A DNA stretch of 64,000 bases, from positions 20,406-84,405 of the forward strand of contig DATHJH010000005.1 of assembly GCA_035489815.1 (NCBI GenBank). Direction: 5' to 3'. Shown here piece by piece: positions 52,627-61,619 of this stretch. The notes below the pieces were generated by a model. That model was not told the DNA's origin. It saw only the letters and a program-made list of their open reading frames with translations, and did not search any database. The first letter of the stretch is position 1. Every line of letters begins with the position of its first letter. Source of the stretch: Candidatus Limnocylindria bacterium. Lineage in GTDB: Bacteria > Patescibacteriota > Saccharimonadia > Saccharimonadales > JAGQNK01. Position numbers and translations under genes: made by a program.

Positions 52627-54429
52627 TCACTCTTCGACAGGACGTGGCACAAATCTCCTAAGCCCCGCGCCTGGATCAAATTGTGGCACGCTCTGGACCT
52701 CCTCACCGCCATGAGCCCTAACACGCTGGGTTACTCTTTTCACACTCTCGGCAACCACCCTGAACAAGGGATCACTTTCTGGCACCTCATCTGTGACTTC
52801 CTGGAAGGCATTGGCTACGTACTCATAGTTGGAAATTAGTGGAAGACCATTATTGACCGTCAGCTCTGACACGCCTTTTTCCTGAGCTGCTTCATGAAGC
52901 GCAGTAAGGAGTACGGGTGCAGCCTGTGGCCAATCAATGCGATAACTTGGAATTTGGGTTGCGTCCAGGTGCCACGCCTGAGTCCTCCCTTCTTTATCAT
53001 CAGCATAGAGGAGATATATGCCGCCGACGTGCTCGCCATCTTCATCCTTAACCTTGATGTTATACAGCCGGGTCTCTGGATCCAGAAAAGGTAGTGGCAG
53101 TCCATCTGTACAGTCACCGCTTACTTCTCCCGGATTCGCGTCCAGCACAGGATCAACGTCGGACACGAGGCTAAGTGTCACTGAAGCAGTGTTTGAAGTT
53201 AAAAGATACTTCTGGAGTCCATCAAAGGCGTGGTTAAAGTAGTCGGCCAGCACTCGCGGCTTATCTAGAATATCTGCCACACCGTTTGCAAGCGTGGCGA
53301 CTTCTTTTTGTGTTTTTTTGGCAAGTTTGAGCTGACTTTCAGCCTCGTCTATACCTTGTCCTGATTGTCGCGCCTCTCTGAGTTGAGTCTGGGCGGTCTT
53401 TCGCGCCGCACTGCGCTGAGCCAGTACCTCTGCCATGCGCGTAGCCATCACCTGCTGCGCCGCCTCCATATCCCCGCAAGCTCCCAGCTCTACAGCACAG
53501 TCAAGCTCCGGCAGCCGACTGTGAAGCAGTCTGCCAAGGCCGTAGAGCCCCACCTGGGCTGGGGTCGCTATACCCTGTGCGCTCAATCCAGCCAGCATAT
53601 CAGCCGCTTCCTGCACTGACCGCTCAGCCTGCTCACCAGAATCAGCAGTCTGCCGAATGGTGAACTCCACCTCATCAAAGTCGCCCGATGCAGAGAGATC
53701 CCTTGTATCAAAATCCCGTGCCCCGTTATTCTCCTGGCGCAAGCTGGATAAGTCCGCCCAGAAAGCACGCTGAGCCTCCACCTCCCTGCTTACTTCTGCC
53801 ACAGCGCCGCCAGGCAGCGTAATACCATCTTCTGTGTAAGGCGTCAGAACAGACTCCCCTCTGTATTCGCCGCTAGCCCGGTGGGGGTATCCCCCACTTT
53901 CACCTTCACCAGGTATCGATATAAACTGAGCCATCGGCGACGTAAAGCTGTGCACAACAGTAGACTCAACCACTGGCCAATCCTCTGGAAGGGCGTCTTC
54001 AGAACTAAACCATCGAGCGACTTGCCTGGTACGCTCAGGAAAGACCGAGTCATCTTCGGAAACGCTCGGAGCAAGGAGAATCATCCTGGATATTTTCTGC
54101 TCAGCAGCCAGGAACCCTCGTACCAGATTAGGACTCATACTCGTGCGCACACCGCTTGCTGGCAACTCTACATGCAGTGGCTCTTCAAAAGGCTTGTCGG
54201 CCTGTTTGTCCGCAAGCGTAGCCTCGCGGCTCTCCCGCACAAGGTCTGCCGGCGCCAAAGTACCATCTGAATGCCGAACATAGCCGATCTCGGCCAGGCG
54301 ATCCTCTGGCACATTGTCGGCGCCAAACTCGCGCGCTAGATCGGCCACCAAGAAAGTATTAACACGGCGCTGTTGGGCCTCATCATAAGATAGTCCACCT
54401 GCCTCTGGTCCTATGGCTTCGTCACTCAT
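52627..54429 (-). CDS. hypothetical acidic protein, 600 aa (C-terminal GNAT-like topology, unproven)
   Basis: Long ORF, 30 nt upstream of the helicase gene. The C-terminal GGIYLLYADDKEG..WHLDATQIPSYRIDW...LLTALHEAAQEKGVSELTV is reminiscent of an acetyltransferase fold but lacks the Q/RxxGxG/A motif. Confidence 0.5.
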   Translation of the reverse strand: MSDEAIGPEAGGLSYDEAQQRRVNTFLVADLAREFGADNVPEDRLAEIGYVRHSDGTLAPADLVRESREATLADKQADKPFEEPLHVELPASGVRTSMSPNLVRGFLAAEQKISRMILLAPSVSEDDSVFPERTRQVARWFSSEDALPEDWPVVESTVVHSFTSPMAQFISIPGEGESGGYPHRASGEYRGESVLTPYTEDGITLPGGAVAEVSREVEAQRAFWADLSSLRQENNGARDFDTRDLSASGDFDEVEFTIRQTADSGEQAERSVQEAADMLAGLSAQGIATPAQVGLYGLGRLLHSRLPELDCAVELGACGDMEAAQQVMATRMAEVLAQRSAARKTAQTQLREARQSGQGIDEAESQLKLAKKTQKEVATLANGVADILDKPRVLADYFNHAFDGLQKYLLTSNTASVTLSLVSDVDPVLDANPGEVSGDCTDGLPLPFLDPETRLYNIKVKDEDGEHVGGIYLLYADDKEGRTQAWHLDATQIPSYRIDWPQAAPVLLTALHEAAQEKGVSELTVNNGLPLISNYEYVANAFQEVTDEVPESDPLFRVVAESVKRVTQRVRAHGGEEVQSVPQFDPGAGLRRFVPRPVEE

Positions 54430-54478
54430 GCATCCTACTTAGGGTTATAAATAAACTACCGCGTAATGTAGCATCCTC

Positions 54479-55477
54479 TCAGAGTTGCTTCAAGCTCTCC
54501 GCTTCATCAGGATCTTTGATCAGTTTCTTGCTTTTGATTTCATAGCGCAGACCAGTTAGCGGCGACTCCATGTAGTCGTCGTTCAGCAGATTCACAAATT
54601 TGTTCAAATCTTTGTCGTCCATGAGGATTATCGCCCCTGTATCATCCAGCATGAGCTCAATTCCGAGGTCGTCGGCGTGTTCAAGCAGCTTCTCTTGATT
54701 AGTGACCGTAGGGTCAAGCTTTTGCAGTTTGTTGACCAGGGATTTCTTGCCTTTGACCATTTCCTCTAACGAAGATTCCGTGTAGCTGAGCTTGAAGCTT
54801 TCGCCAATCATCTGCATCTTTGCCACGGCAATGCCGTACTTTTTGGCGTTATAGCCAAACAGGCTTTCCAGCTTGGCCTGGTTAAAGACATAGATATCCT
54901 GGTCCAGCACCAGCAATTGGTTATCCCCCGGAATTTGCAGTGAGCCGTCGGCATCAAAGGGCACAAACTTGCCTGCCCGCAGCATCCATGCGGTACTGCC
55001 TTTCATGGTCATGTTAGCCGGCAGTGATTTGATGATATAAAAAGGCTTTTTTAGGTCCGGGTGGCTGCAGCGGACCAGCACGCCTTTGATGCGTTTAAAG
55101 TCATGCTCTTCTTCTACAAACGTCTCTATTTCATGTTCCTGGGTCTTCAGCCAGCCCAACACCACCCGGGCACTATCCACATTTTTCAGGCGGGTACGTT
55201 GCAGGACCTTACCCTCTGCCTCACCCTCTTCAAACTCCCGCACCACCAGCCCTTCCTCTGCTCCGGCCAGGACAAATTCCAGCAGACTGTCTATCAGTAG
55301 CGGCTCCAACGTTTTGCGCAGGTCCTTACTAACAGTGGTTTTGTACACCACATAATTTTTATTGAACAGAAACACTTCTATACGCAGTTCTTCTTTGACC
55401 TGCACCAGGTTATTTGCCCACAGAAAAACGTCTGATGCTTCGTAGGCTTCTTCTTTGGGCTCCAGAATATCTTCCAA
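54479..55477 (-). CDS. hypothetical protein, 332 aa (possible DUF4868/KwaB-like; weak recollection only)
   Basis: Size and the segment DNQLLVLDQDIYVFNQAKLESLFGYN remind me of DUF4868 proteins. No catalytic motif. Lies 49 nt upstream of the 600-aa gene. Confidence 0.45.
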   Translation of the reverse strand: MEDILEPKEEAYEASDVFLWANNLVQVKEELRIEVFLFNKNYVVYKTTVSKDLRKTLEPLLIDSLLEFVLAGAEEGLVVREFEEGEAEGKVLQRTRLKNVDSARVVLGWLKTQEHEIETFVEEEHDFKRIKGVLVRCSHPDLKKPFYIIKSLPANMTMKGSTAWMLRAGKFVPFDADGSLQIPGDNQLLVLDQDIYVFNQAKLESLFGYNAKKYGIAVAKMQMIGESFKLSYTESSLEEMVKGKKSLVNKLQKLDPTVTNQEKLLEHADDLGIELMLDDTGAIILMDDKDLNKFVNLLNDDYMESPLTGLRYEIKSKKLIKDPDEAESLKQL

Positions 55478-55564
55478 AAGGTGGACTCCTCGTTTACATT
55501 GCTGCGGTACTTCTTATGATTAGCCTCATTCTAGCGCAAGTCGCAGCAGACAAACGATGTAAAA

Positions 55565-55840
55565 TTAATTAGTCGTTTCTCTATCAATATAAGTATTCAT
55601 TATATGGGTGGTGGCGATCGGCAAAACCTTAATAAGCCCATGTCCTAAAAGATGGGGAAGCCTAAAGTCCTTGGGGCGGGCTGTTTTTGCATACTCATGT
55701 AAAACCGGAACGTTCACAACATGCGCCATTGGATCAAAACTCGCGGCAAGGTCTGGCGTATGAAACACAAACTTCTCACCCACCAAGTCCACTACTTGGC
55801 CTATAGTATGAGCAACGAGGCCCTGCGGCGGCCGATCCAT
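55565..55840 (-). CDS. hypothetical small protein (91 aa)
   Basis: ATG preceded by gaagagg. Overlaps the upstream 101-aa ORF by 65 nt in another frame. Confidence 0.4.
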   Translation of the reverse strand: MDRPPQGLVAHTIGQVVDLVGEKFVFHTPDLAASFDPMAHVVNVPVLHEYAKTARPKDFRLPHLLGHGLIKVLPIATTHIMNTYIDRETTN

Positions 55841-56081
55841 CAGATACCTCTTCCCTCAGCGCATACCCGTTCAATTCGTCTCGCATTGCGTACATAGCCG
55901 CCACGCTTGCCCTGAACAAGCGACCAGTCGTTGATGGTGCAATGACCGGCTTGCCCTCGTTATCCTCAGTACGACCAAGCACCCAGAAGTGCTCAGCACC
56001 TGCATTGGGTTGGTCCGGGGTCGGTTGATGTTCCTGCACGTAGGCTAGCAATTCTGCGGCTTGTTCACGAGATCCTGACAT
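55776..56081 (-). CDS. hypothetical small protein (101 aa)
   Basis: ORF with a plausible N-terminal two-thirds. The last ~20 aa (SDGSAAAGPRCSYYRPSSGLGG) overlap the next gene and look low-quality. Confidence 0.4.
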   Translation of the reverse strand: MSGSREQAAELLAYVQEHQPTPDQPNAGAEHFWVLGRTEDNEGKPVIAPSTTGRLFRASVAAMYAMRDELNGYALREEVSDGSAAAGPRCSYYRPSSGLGG

Positions 56082-56439
56082 GTGTCATAGCCTACTAGAA
56101 TAACCATTTAAATGCTACATAGCGTGGTGTTTTCTACAGCATAGTATACTTTATGTAGTAATAAAACCAGATCAGGACACAGACAGAGATTTTATGGAAC
56201 GTGAAACAGCAGGTGATCCAATAGGTTCGCCCCGCCAGGACCTATAACAGTCACACCCACCTGGCATCTGCCTACAGTAGGCTTCTTTTTTTAGACTGGA
56301 GAATTCATCTGGCTGTTGTTCTGTGTCTTCCATGGGTCAAGCCCCCCCAAAAAAACTACAGGCGTATTACCTGTTCTATAAATATGAACCTATTCTACCT
56401 GAACCAGTCAGCAACAGGTGCTGTAAAAATGTCGTAGGC

Positions 56440-57750
56440 TTAGGTTTTTCTTTCAAACTCCACCGGCGAAGCAAACACACCGTCAATCTTGACCGTCGCG
56501 ATATCTAAGCCTGCATTCGTAATGTCAGAGTCACTGGTATCCGTATCGAAGTATAGTGGTACACCGGGCCTAAGCCGCGGCTCCAAGGTGGCCCCACCTG
56601 GTTTAATAACCCTTCGACCCACAGAGACCACCGTACCTAGCTCTATCGCATCATTCTGCTCCCAAGGTGACTCTGAATCATGCAGGCTGTCGTCAGTTAC
56701 CTCAAAACTACCTTCACCGAGCCCCACCAAGGAAATTCGTCTTCCGTACACCACCCCTGTCTGCTCTACCCTATGCATACCACTATAGCCATCAGTTCGT
56801 GGAATCTCGCGCTGTTCGCTTGCTATCTCTCCTAGGTACACCGTCACTACCGTCTCTTCACCAATGGCAGTTGTGTCGATTCCCCGGCGCTCAAACGCCT
56901 TACCCAGCTTAGTGGCTTCTACTTCGCGTCTAGCTTTTTCCTCCATTTGGGCTGCCCGCTCAGCCAGAATTGCGGCTAACCTATCGCTTTGTACTGTTTC
57001 CTGTATTTCCTCATCAGAGGCTCGCTCCCATTTATACCTAAGGTTCCTTTCGGTATCATGCGCAAACTCCCGACCAGTCCGAGAATCCAGCCACTCCCGC
57101 TTATAGCTTTCCTTGAAGCCTGCCTCACCAGCCTCAAGCTCAGCCAGCTTCCCTGCTTTGACCTCTGCAACTATTTCTGGACGCCATTGATCATAAAATT
57201 CTGACTTTTTGTCCCGCGTAAATCGAGCAATCTCATCTGATTCCTCGACCTCCACCCGGACTTCCGCCAGAAGGCTTTCGTGAGCTGGACCCGTGCTTAT
57301 CTCTTCAGTGACAGTAAGCTGACGCGCTTCAATAAGTCCTTGCCTAATTTCGGCACGCCAAGCATCCCTTGCAGCTTGCTCAGCATCAGTGTAGGTCCCA
57401 TCTTCTTCATATACTTCATCTAGCTCACGCTTGAGCGTAGGTGCCTCATTCGCCCAATACTGTTCCTTGAACTCCTCACCTCTTCTCGCTAGCAGATCAT
57501 CCCTAAGACTAGCCTCCAAAAGTGGCCGCTGTTCGTTCATAACTGCAACAATGACCTGACCACGTGCGACGTCCTCCGCGACACCAGTTGCTAAGGCCCT
57601 GTCTAGTTCTGTCCTTATTATTTCGGCCAGCGGATCTACGGAAAGCTCTACTGCGAGCGCACCCCTCAGCCGATGCACCTCGCTATGCGCAGTACCCAGC
57701 TCACCTTCAAGTTCCTCAATCCTTGCTTGTTTTTCTCCAAAAAATGCCAT
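56440..57750 (-). CDS. hypothetical acidic coiled-coil protein, 436 aa
   Basis: Long ORF. Glu/Arg-rich helical N-terminal ~300 aa, then a strand-rich C-terminal ~120 aa. No motif recognised. Confidence 0.5.
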   Translation of the reverse strand: MAFFGEKQARIEELEGELGTAHSEVHRLRGALAVELSVDPLAEIIRTELDRALATGVAEDVARGQVIVAVMNEQRPLLEASLRDDLLARRGEEFKEQYWANEAPTLKRELDEVYEEDGTYTDAEQAARDAWRAEIRQGLIEARQLTVTEEISTGPAHESLLAEVRVEVEESDEIARFTRDKKSEFYDQWRPEIVAEVKAGKLAELEAGEAGFKESYKREWLDSRTGREFAHDTERNLRYKWERASDEEIQETVQSDRLAAILAERAAQMEEKARREVEATKLGKAFERRGIDTTAIGEETVVTVYLGEIASEQREIPRTDGYSGMHRVEQTGVVYGRRISLVGLGEGSFEVTDDSLHDSESPWEQNDAIELGTVVSVGRRVIKPGGATLEPRLRPGVPLYFDTDTSDSDITNAGLDIATVKIDGVFASPVEFERKT

Positions 57751-57887
57751 AATGCAGAAATTATATTGAATCTTATTACAATTGTAAATTATGTGGCATT
57801 AATTCTCTCGGTTCGATCTGGGCGTTGCCCCATTCCATATGAGCGAGAAACCGCTTTAGTATACCCCAGGTTCTCCGTACCACTTTC

Positions 57888-58082
57888 CTTAGAACCCATC
57901 CAAAATCTTTTCCTCTGACTCCGACCCTTCTCCGTATAGAAGTTCACATGCAACCCAACTGCCTTCTTATTGACTATAGCTCCGAAGGGTACCTACCCGG
58001 GTACCTTTCAGACCAAAAAACAGCCGGCTCACATCCGAAAGGTGGTCTCGGCAAGGAGAAAAGATCCTGGATGGGTTCTTAG
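57888..58082. mobile_element. 195-bp MITE-like derivative of the IS5-family element
   Basis: Ends cttagaacccatccaaaatct and agatcctggatgggttcttag match the IS terminal repeats (6961/7886). No coding capacity between them. Confidence 0.65.
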
Positions 58083-58717
58083 CAAAGTAAGCAGACTGCG
58101 CCCAAGGCCTGTATTTCTACGCTATCCTCCAGACGCAGATTGGTTTCCTCGCCCCGTTTCTCTTTTGCTACTAGTGCTGGTAAGTCAAAGCCACTAAACT
58201 CTCGGCCTTCTTCATACGGCGGCTTGACTCCCTGGTTTCGTGTCAGAGCCCGTGACACAAACAGCATGCTTGCTGGTCCGTCGTAGGCATCCCCCTGAGT
58301 AAGACTCGGATAAAGCACATGAGCCGCTATGGCGGCCTCAGGACCTACCCCGGAGACAACTATCATGCGGGCCCTCCCTGCGTGGAACCGAGCCGCCCGT
58401 GCAACAACATTATGCTTGTCCCCCACAAACTCCTGTAGCGGGCCCACCAGGGCATCAAAAGCTTTGGCATACTGAGTGGTCGTTTTATGTTCTGGCGCAG
58501 CTAGCCGGGTAGAGCTTTCCGATCCTGCAAAGCTCAAGGCAGTAGCAGCGCCCAAGCCCAAGACCTTGCCTTCCAGATTTGGCTTACCCTGGCTGCCAAC
58601 CAGCAAATAATCTCTTTGCAGATCTGGTGATTTAAAGAAAGTATGGTCCTTAGGCTCCCCGCTCACTAGAGACGAGGTCGTCCAGCCGCTTGGTCCTTCG
58701 TGCATGTCTCCTTGCAT
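58079..58717 (-). CDS. hypothetical protein
   Basis: 212-aa ORF. Its stop codon (TAA at 58079-58081) lies within the MITE terminal repeat. Confidence 0.45.
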   Translation of the reverse strand: MQGDMHEGPSGWTTSSLVSGEPKDHTFFKSPDLQRDYLLVGSQGKPNLEGKVLGLGAATALSFAGSESSTRLAAPEHKTTTQYAKAFDALVGPLQEFVGDKHNVVARAARFHAGRARMIVVSGVGPEAAIAAHVLYPSLTQGDAYDGPASMLFVSRALTRNQGVKPPYEEGREFSGFDLPALVAKEKRGEETNLRLEDSVEIQALGAVCLLC

Positions 58718-58729
58718 GCATCCATCATA

Positions 58730-59403
58730 TCAGAACCCTTCTTCTTCTGGTCCACGGGTGAGCCGAGGACGATAAATGAGCAGTACTTCAACCATATTTA
58801 CCACTGCCAGGTATAGCGGGAACAACAATACCCCGTAGTCATAGGTAGTAGCTGCCAAGATGCTAAAAAGTGGCGCTATGGCACCAACTATAAAAAACGT
58901 CGCCGTTTCGCTATCTGGTTGGCGCCACGTTTTGATAAGGGTGGGTAGGAACGCAATCACATCGGCCAACACCGTCAAATGGAGTGCCAAAAAAGCGCTG
59001 CGGGTCGTCAGCCACACCACCATGTCGATGCCAAGCAAGGCATAACACAGTACATCCAGCCGAGTCAGCCCGCCTATGCCTTTTCGGAGCGACAGCCAGA
59101 GAATAGACACCGATCCCACAGCCTCGCCTACGGTTACAGCCAGTGCCCAGCCGCTCCCAGTGCCCTTTGCTGGAATAAAGCAACCAGCAGCAATACAGTA
59201 AACATAATTCGGGTTGACCGGGCCGGCCGCACCTTCCCCCTCAGAATGTCCCGGATATACGGAACATAGGCGCCAAAAGCAATAGCTACCGAAATCACAG
59301 ACAGAATTGCCGCCGTCATGCCATAGTCTCCTCTCACCTGGCAGTCTGCTATTTTACTGATCACAAATTGCTTTTGCAAGAAGTTGTCTGGAAAACCAGA
59401 CAT
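58730..59403 (-). pseudogene. polytopic membrane protein split into two ORFs (89 aa + 129 aa)
   Basis: ORFs 59134..59403 and 58730..59119 are both TM-rich, co-linear, 14 nt apart and in different frames. This is consistent with a frameshift or a sequencing error. Confidence 0.4.
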
Positions 59404-59423
59404 TCTTATGCTAGGATGTACTC

Positions 59424-60203
59424 ATGCATGAGGATAAGTCACAGCATAAAAAAGTTGTCGCCTACTTGGAACATTTGGGCCTGAGCGCTGAACGGACTCA
59501 GGTGTACCTCTTCTTACTTCAGCATGGTCCCAGCACCGTACTGGCCATTAGCCGGGGCATTAAGTCCGGTCGCACCAAACTCTACCCCTTGCTGGAAGAA
59601 CTAGCAGAAAAGCAGCTCTTAACCATTCATGAGCGCCACTACGGCACCAGCTACGAGGCCCAGCCGCCCGCTTCGCTGGAGTTTTTAGTAACGGAGTATG
59701 AGCGAAAGTCAGAAAACCTGCGAAGCAACCTGCCAGCCGCGCTGCATTTTCTGCAAGACATGCAACAGCAAGCCCCTACCACTTCCCGCATTGCCGAATA
59801 CCGGGGAGTGGACGGCCTAAAACAAATGAATTTTAACCTGACCCGCGCAGACAAAGAGTTCCGGGTATTTGAACTGGCTGGAATGGACAAGCACCTTGGC
59901 AAGCACTTTGCCGGGAAACAACGGGAGGCTTTTCGAACAAGAGACCTCTCTACCTACGACCTTACCAATAATCCAAAGAGGCTGGCCGAGCCAGGTGTAG
60001 ACCTGCCTCGCTCACAAGCACGATATATAGACCCTCAAACCTTCAGCATTCAGTTCGAAACCTATATCTACAACAACTGTACGGCCCTACTGAGCTATGA
60101 CCGCGACGATATTTTTGGCGTAGAAATCTATAATGACAAACTAGCCGCCCAGCAAAAACAAATCTTTGACCTGCTGTGGTCCCAAGCCAAACCCCTAAAA
60201 TAA
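59424..60203 (+). CDS. TrmB-family transcriptional regulator
   Basis: 259 aa. N-terminal wHTH LGLSAERTQVYLFLLQHGPSTVLAISRGIKSGRTKLYPLLEELAEKQLL. Confidence 0.75.
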   Translation: MHEDKSQHKKVVAYLEHLGLSAERTQVYLFLLQHGPSTVLAISRGIKSGRTKLYPLLEELAEKQLLTIHERHYGTSYEAQPPASLEFLVTEYERKSENLRSNLPAALHFLQDMQQQAPTTSRIAEYRGVDGLKQMNFNLTRADKEFRVFELAGMDKHLGKHFAGKQREAFRTRDLSTYDLTNNPKRLAEPGVDLPRSQARYIDPQTFSIQFETYIYNNCTALLSYDRDDIFGVEIYNDKLAAQQKQIFDLLWSQAKPLK

Positions 60204-60294
60204 CCTGGCCGGCAAACTTGCAAAATCCCCATCTGTTAAAGGTCCGACCTTTTTGATATCCAGTTCTGGTTACCCGTTGTGAGATACTGGTGGT

Positions 60295-60465
60295 ATGGAA
60301 AAGTTGGTTATGTACCTCGTGATTGGCATATTCATGTCCGCCGGCGGTTACCTTCCAGTACTGTTTGGGCAGAGTGCGTTTGGCGGCTGGAGTATCCTGG
60401 GCACATTGCTGGGAGGTATCGCCGGAATTTATATCTACTTCAAGCTGCGGCAAAGCGGGTACTAG
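60295..60465 (+). CDS. small two-TM membrane protein (56 aa, below the ORF-track cutoff)
   Basis: Hand translation: MEKLVMYLVIGIFMSAGGYLPVLFGQSAFGGWSILGTLLGGIAGIYIYFKLRQSGY. It fills an otherwise empty gap. Confidence 0.5.
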   Translation: MEKLVMYLVIGIFMSAGGYLPVLFGQSAFGGWSILGTLLGGIAGIYIYFKLRQSGY

Positions 60466-60475
60466 GGTGACCGCT

Positions 60476-60931
60476 CTATTTGTTCCTGTGTTTTTGGCGC
60501 GCCTTGTTGGCCCACTCATCGGCAAGCTCATTGCCAGGGTCATTATTGTGGCCACGCACCCAGATCAGCTTAGCTTGCGAACTCCGGTACAGGGGGCAGA
60601 CCTCCCGGACAATGTCCAGATTTTTGATTTCCCCGCCCTTTTTACGCCAGCCATTGGCTTGCCAGGTCAGTGACCATTTGGTTATGACATTTATCCAAAA
60701 TTCGCTGTCAGTATGTATGAGACAAGGCTCGCCGCCTGCGTCTTTAAGCGCAGCAATGATTGCCATGCCCTCCATACGAATGTTGGTAGTCTCTGCCCCG
60801 CCGGGCTCGCCGCCCAAAACCGCCGGCTTCATATCCCGGATAACCGCATATCCGCCCGGCCCCGGATTAGGGCTGGCACTTCCATCCGTATAGTAGACGA
60901 TCATTTTTTTATTTTCCTCACTTCCCTGCAA
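60476..60931 (-). CDS. rnhA: ribonuclease HI
   Basis: IVYYTDGSASPNPGPGGYAVI...HTDSEF...WVRGHNNDPGNELADEWA. The real start may be the second Met (60904). Confidence 0.9.
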   Translation of the reverse strand: MQGSEENKKMIVYYTDGSASPNPGPGGYAVIRDMKPAVLGGEPGGAETTNIRMEGMAIIAALKDAGGEPCLIHTDSEFWINVITKWSLTWQANGWRKKGGEIKNLDIVREVCPLYRSSQAKLIWVRGHNNDPGNELADEWANKARQKHRNK

Positions 60932-60968
60932 TCATAGCAGCTATTTTTGGTTCCAGTGCTATGGCAGC

Positions 60969-61352
60969 TCAGACCTTTTGCGATTGAGCCTTCAGCCAAT
61001 CGGCAATCTTTGGGATATCCAAGTGCTCCACTGCTACCCGCACCGCAAAATCTTCCAAGCCTTTGGGCGATGCCGTCAGCTTGAAGCCATTTCGCATCAG
61101 AAAGATACCGCCGCAAGTTATGCCACTTCTTTTGTTGCCATCAACAAACGGATGATCGGCAATGATATTGCGAATATACACTGCTGCTTTTTCGTGGACT
61201 TCAGGATACTGCTCTTCACCAAAGACTTCTTGAGCTGGTGCCACCACAACGGACTGTAGCCGGCCTTCATCCCGGACTCCATGACGACCACCAAAATCTT
61301 CCACAATCAGATAGTGCAGCCGTAGTATGTCTTCCAGGCTTAGATAGTTCAT
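60969..61352 (-). CDS. doc: Doc (death-on-curing) toxin, Fic fold
   Basis: 127 aa with the Doc-type motif HPFVDGNKRSG. Confidence 0.9.
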   Translation of the reverse strand: MNYLSLEDILRLHYLIVEDFGGRHGVRDEGRLQSVVVAPAQEVFGEEQYPEVHEKAAVYIRNIIADHPFVDGNKRSGITCGGIFLMRNGFKLTASPKGLEDFAVRVAVEHLDIPKIADWLKAQSQKV

Positions 61353-61567
61353 CTGTCTTTAAGGTTTTTGAGCGTTTGACCGTATTGTTTTTTAAACGCA
61401 GCGTAATCCTGCATGAGCCTATCTCCATCAGCAGGCTTCAAGGGTTCGATAGTTATCTTAACTTCATCACCCACCTCAATACCCAGCCGCTTTAGCTCCT
61501 TAGCGGGCAGTGTAGCACCCTTGCTGGTACCTATTTGGATGATCTTTTGCGTAGTAGTGATGCTCAT
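61349..61567 (-). CDS. AbrB/MazE/SpoVT-type antitoxin
   Basis: 72 aa. IQIGTSKGATLPAKELKRLGIEVGDEV is a swapped-hairpin barrel motif. Overlaps doc by 4 nt. Confidence 0.8.
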   Translation of the reverse strand: MSITTTQKIIQIGTSKGATLPAKELKRLGIEVGDEVKITIEPLKPADGDRLMQDYAAFKKQYGQTLKNLKDR

Positions 61568-61619
61568 GCTTTTAACTTAGCACAACTATCCATTCATTAC
61601 AATAATATTGTAATATTAA

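Noticed and set aside
56150-56295. Small RNA with a terminator (gcctac-a-gtaggc followed by ttcttttttt) in the 56.1-56.4 kb spacer.
   Set aside because: The stem would have a 1-nt loop, so only about 4 bp are usable. I found no convincing promoter at the right distance, and the only ORF is 16 codons.
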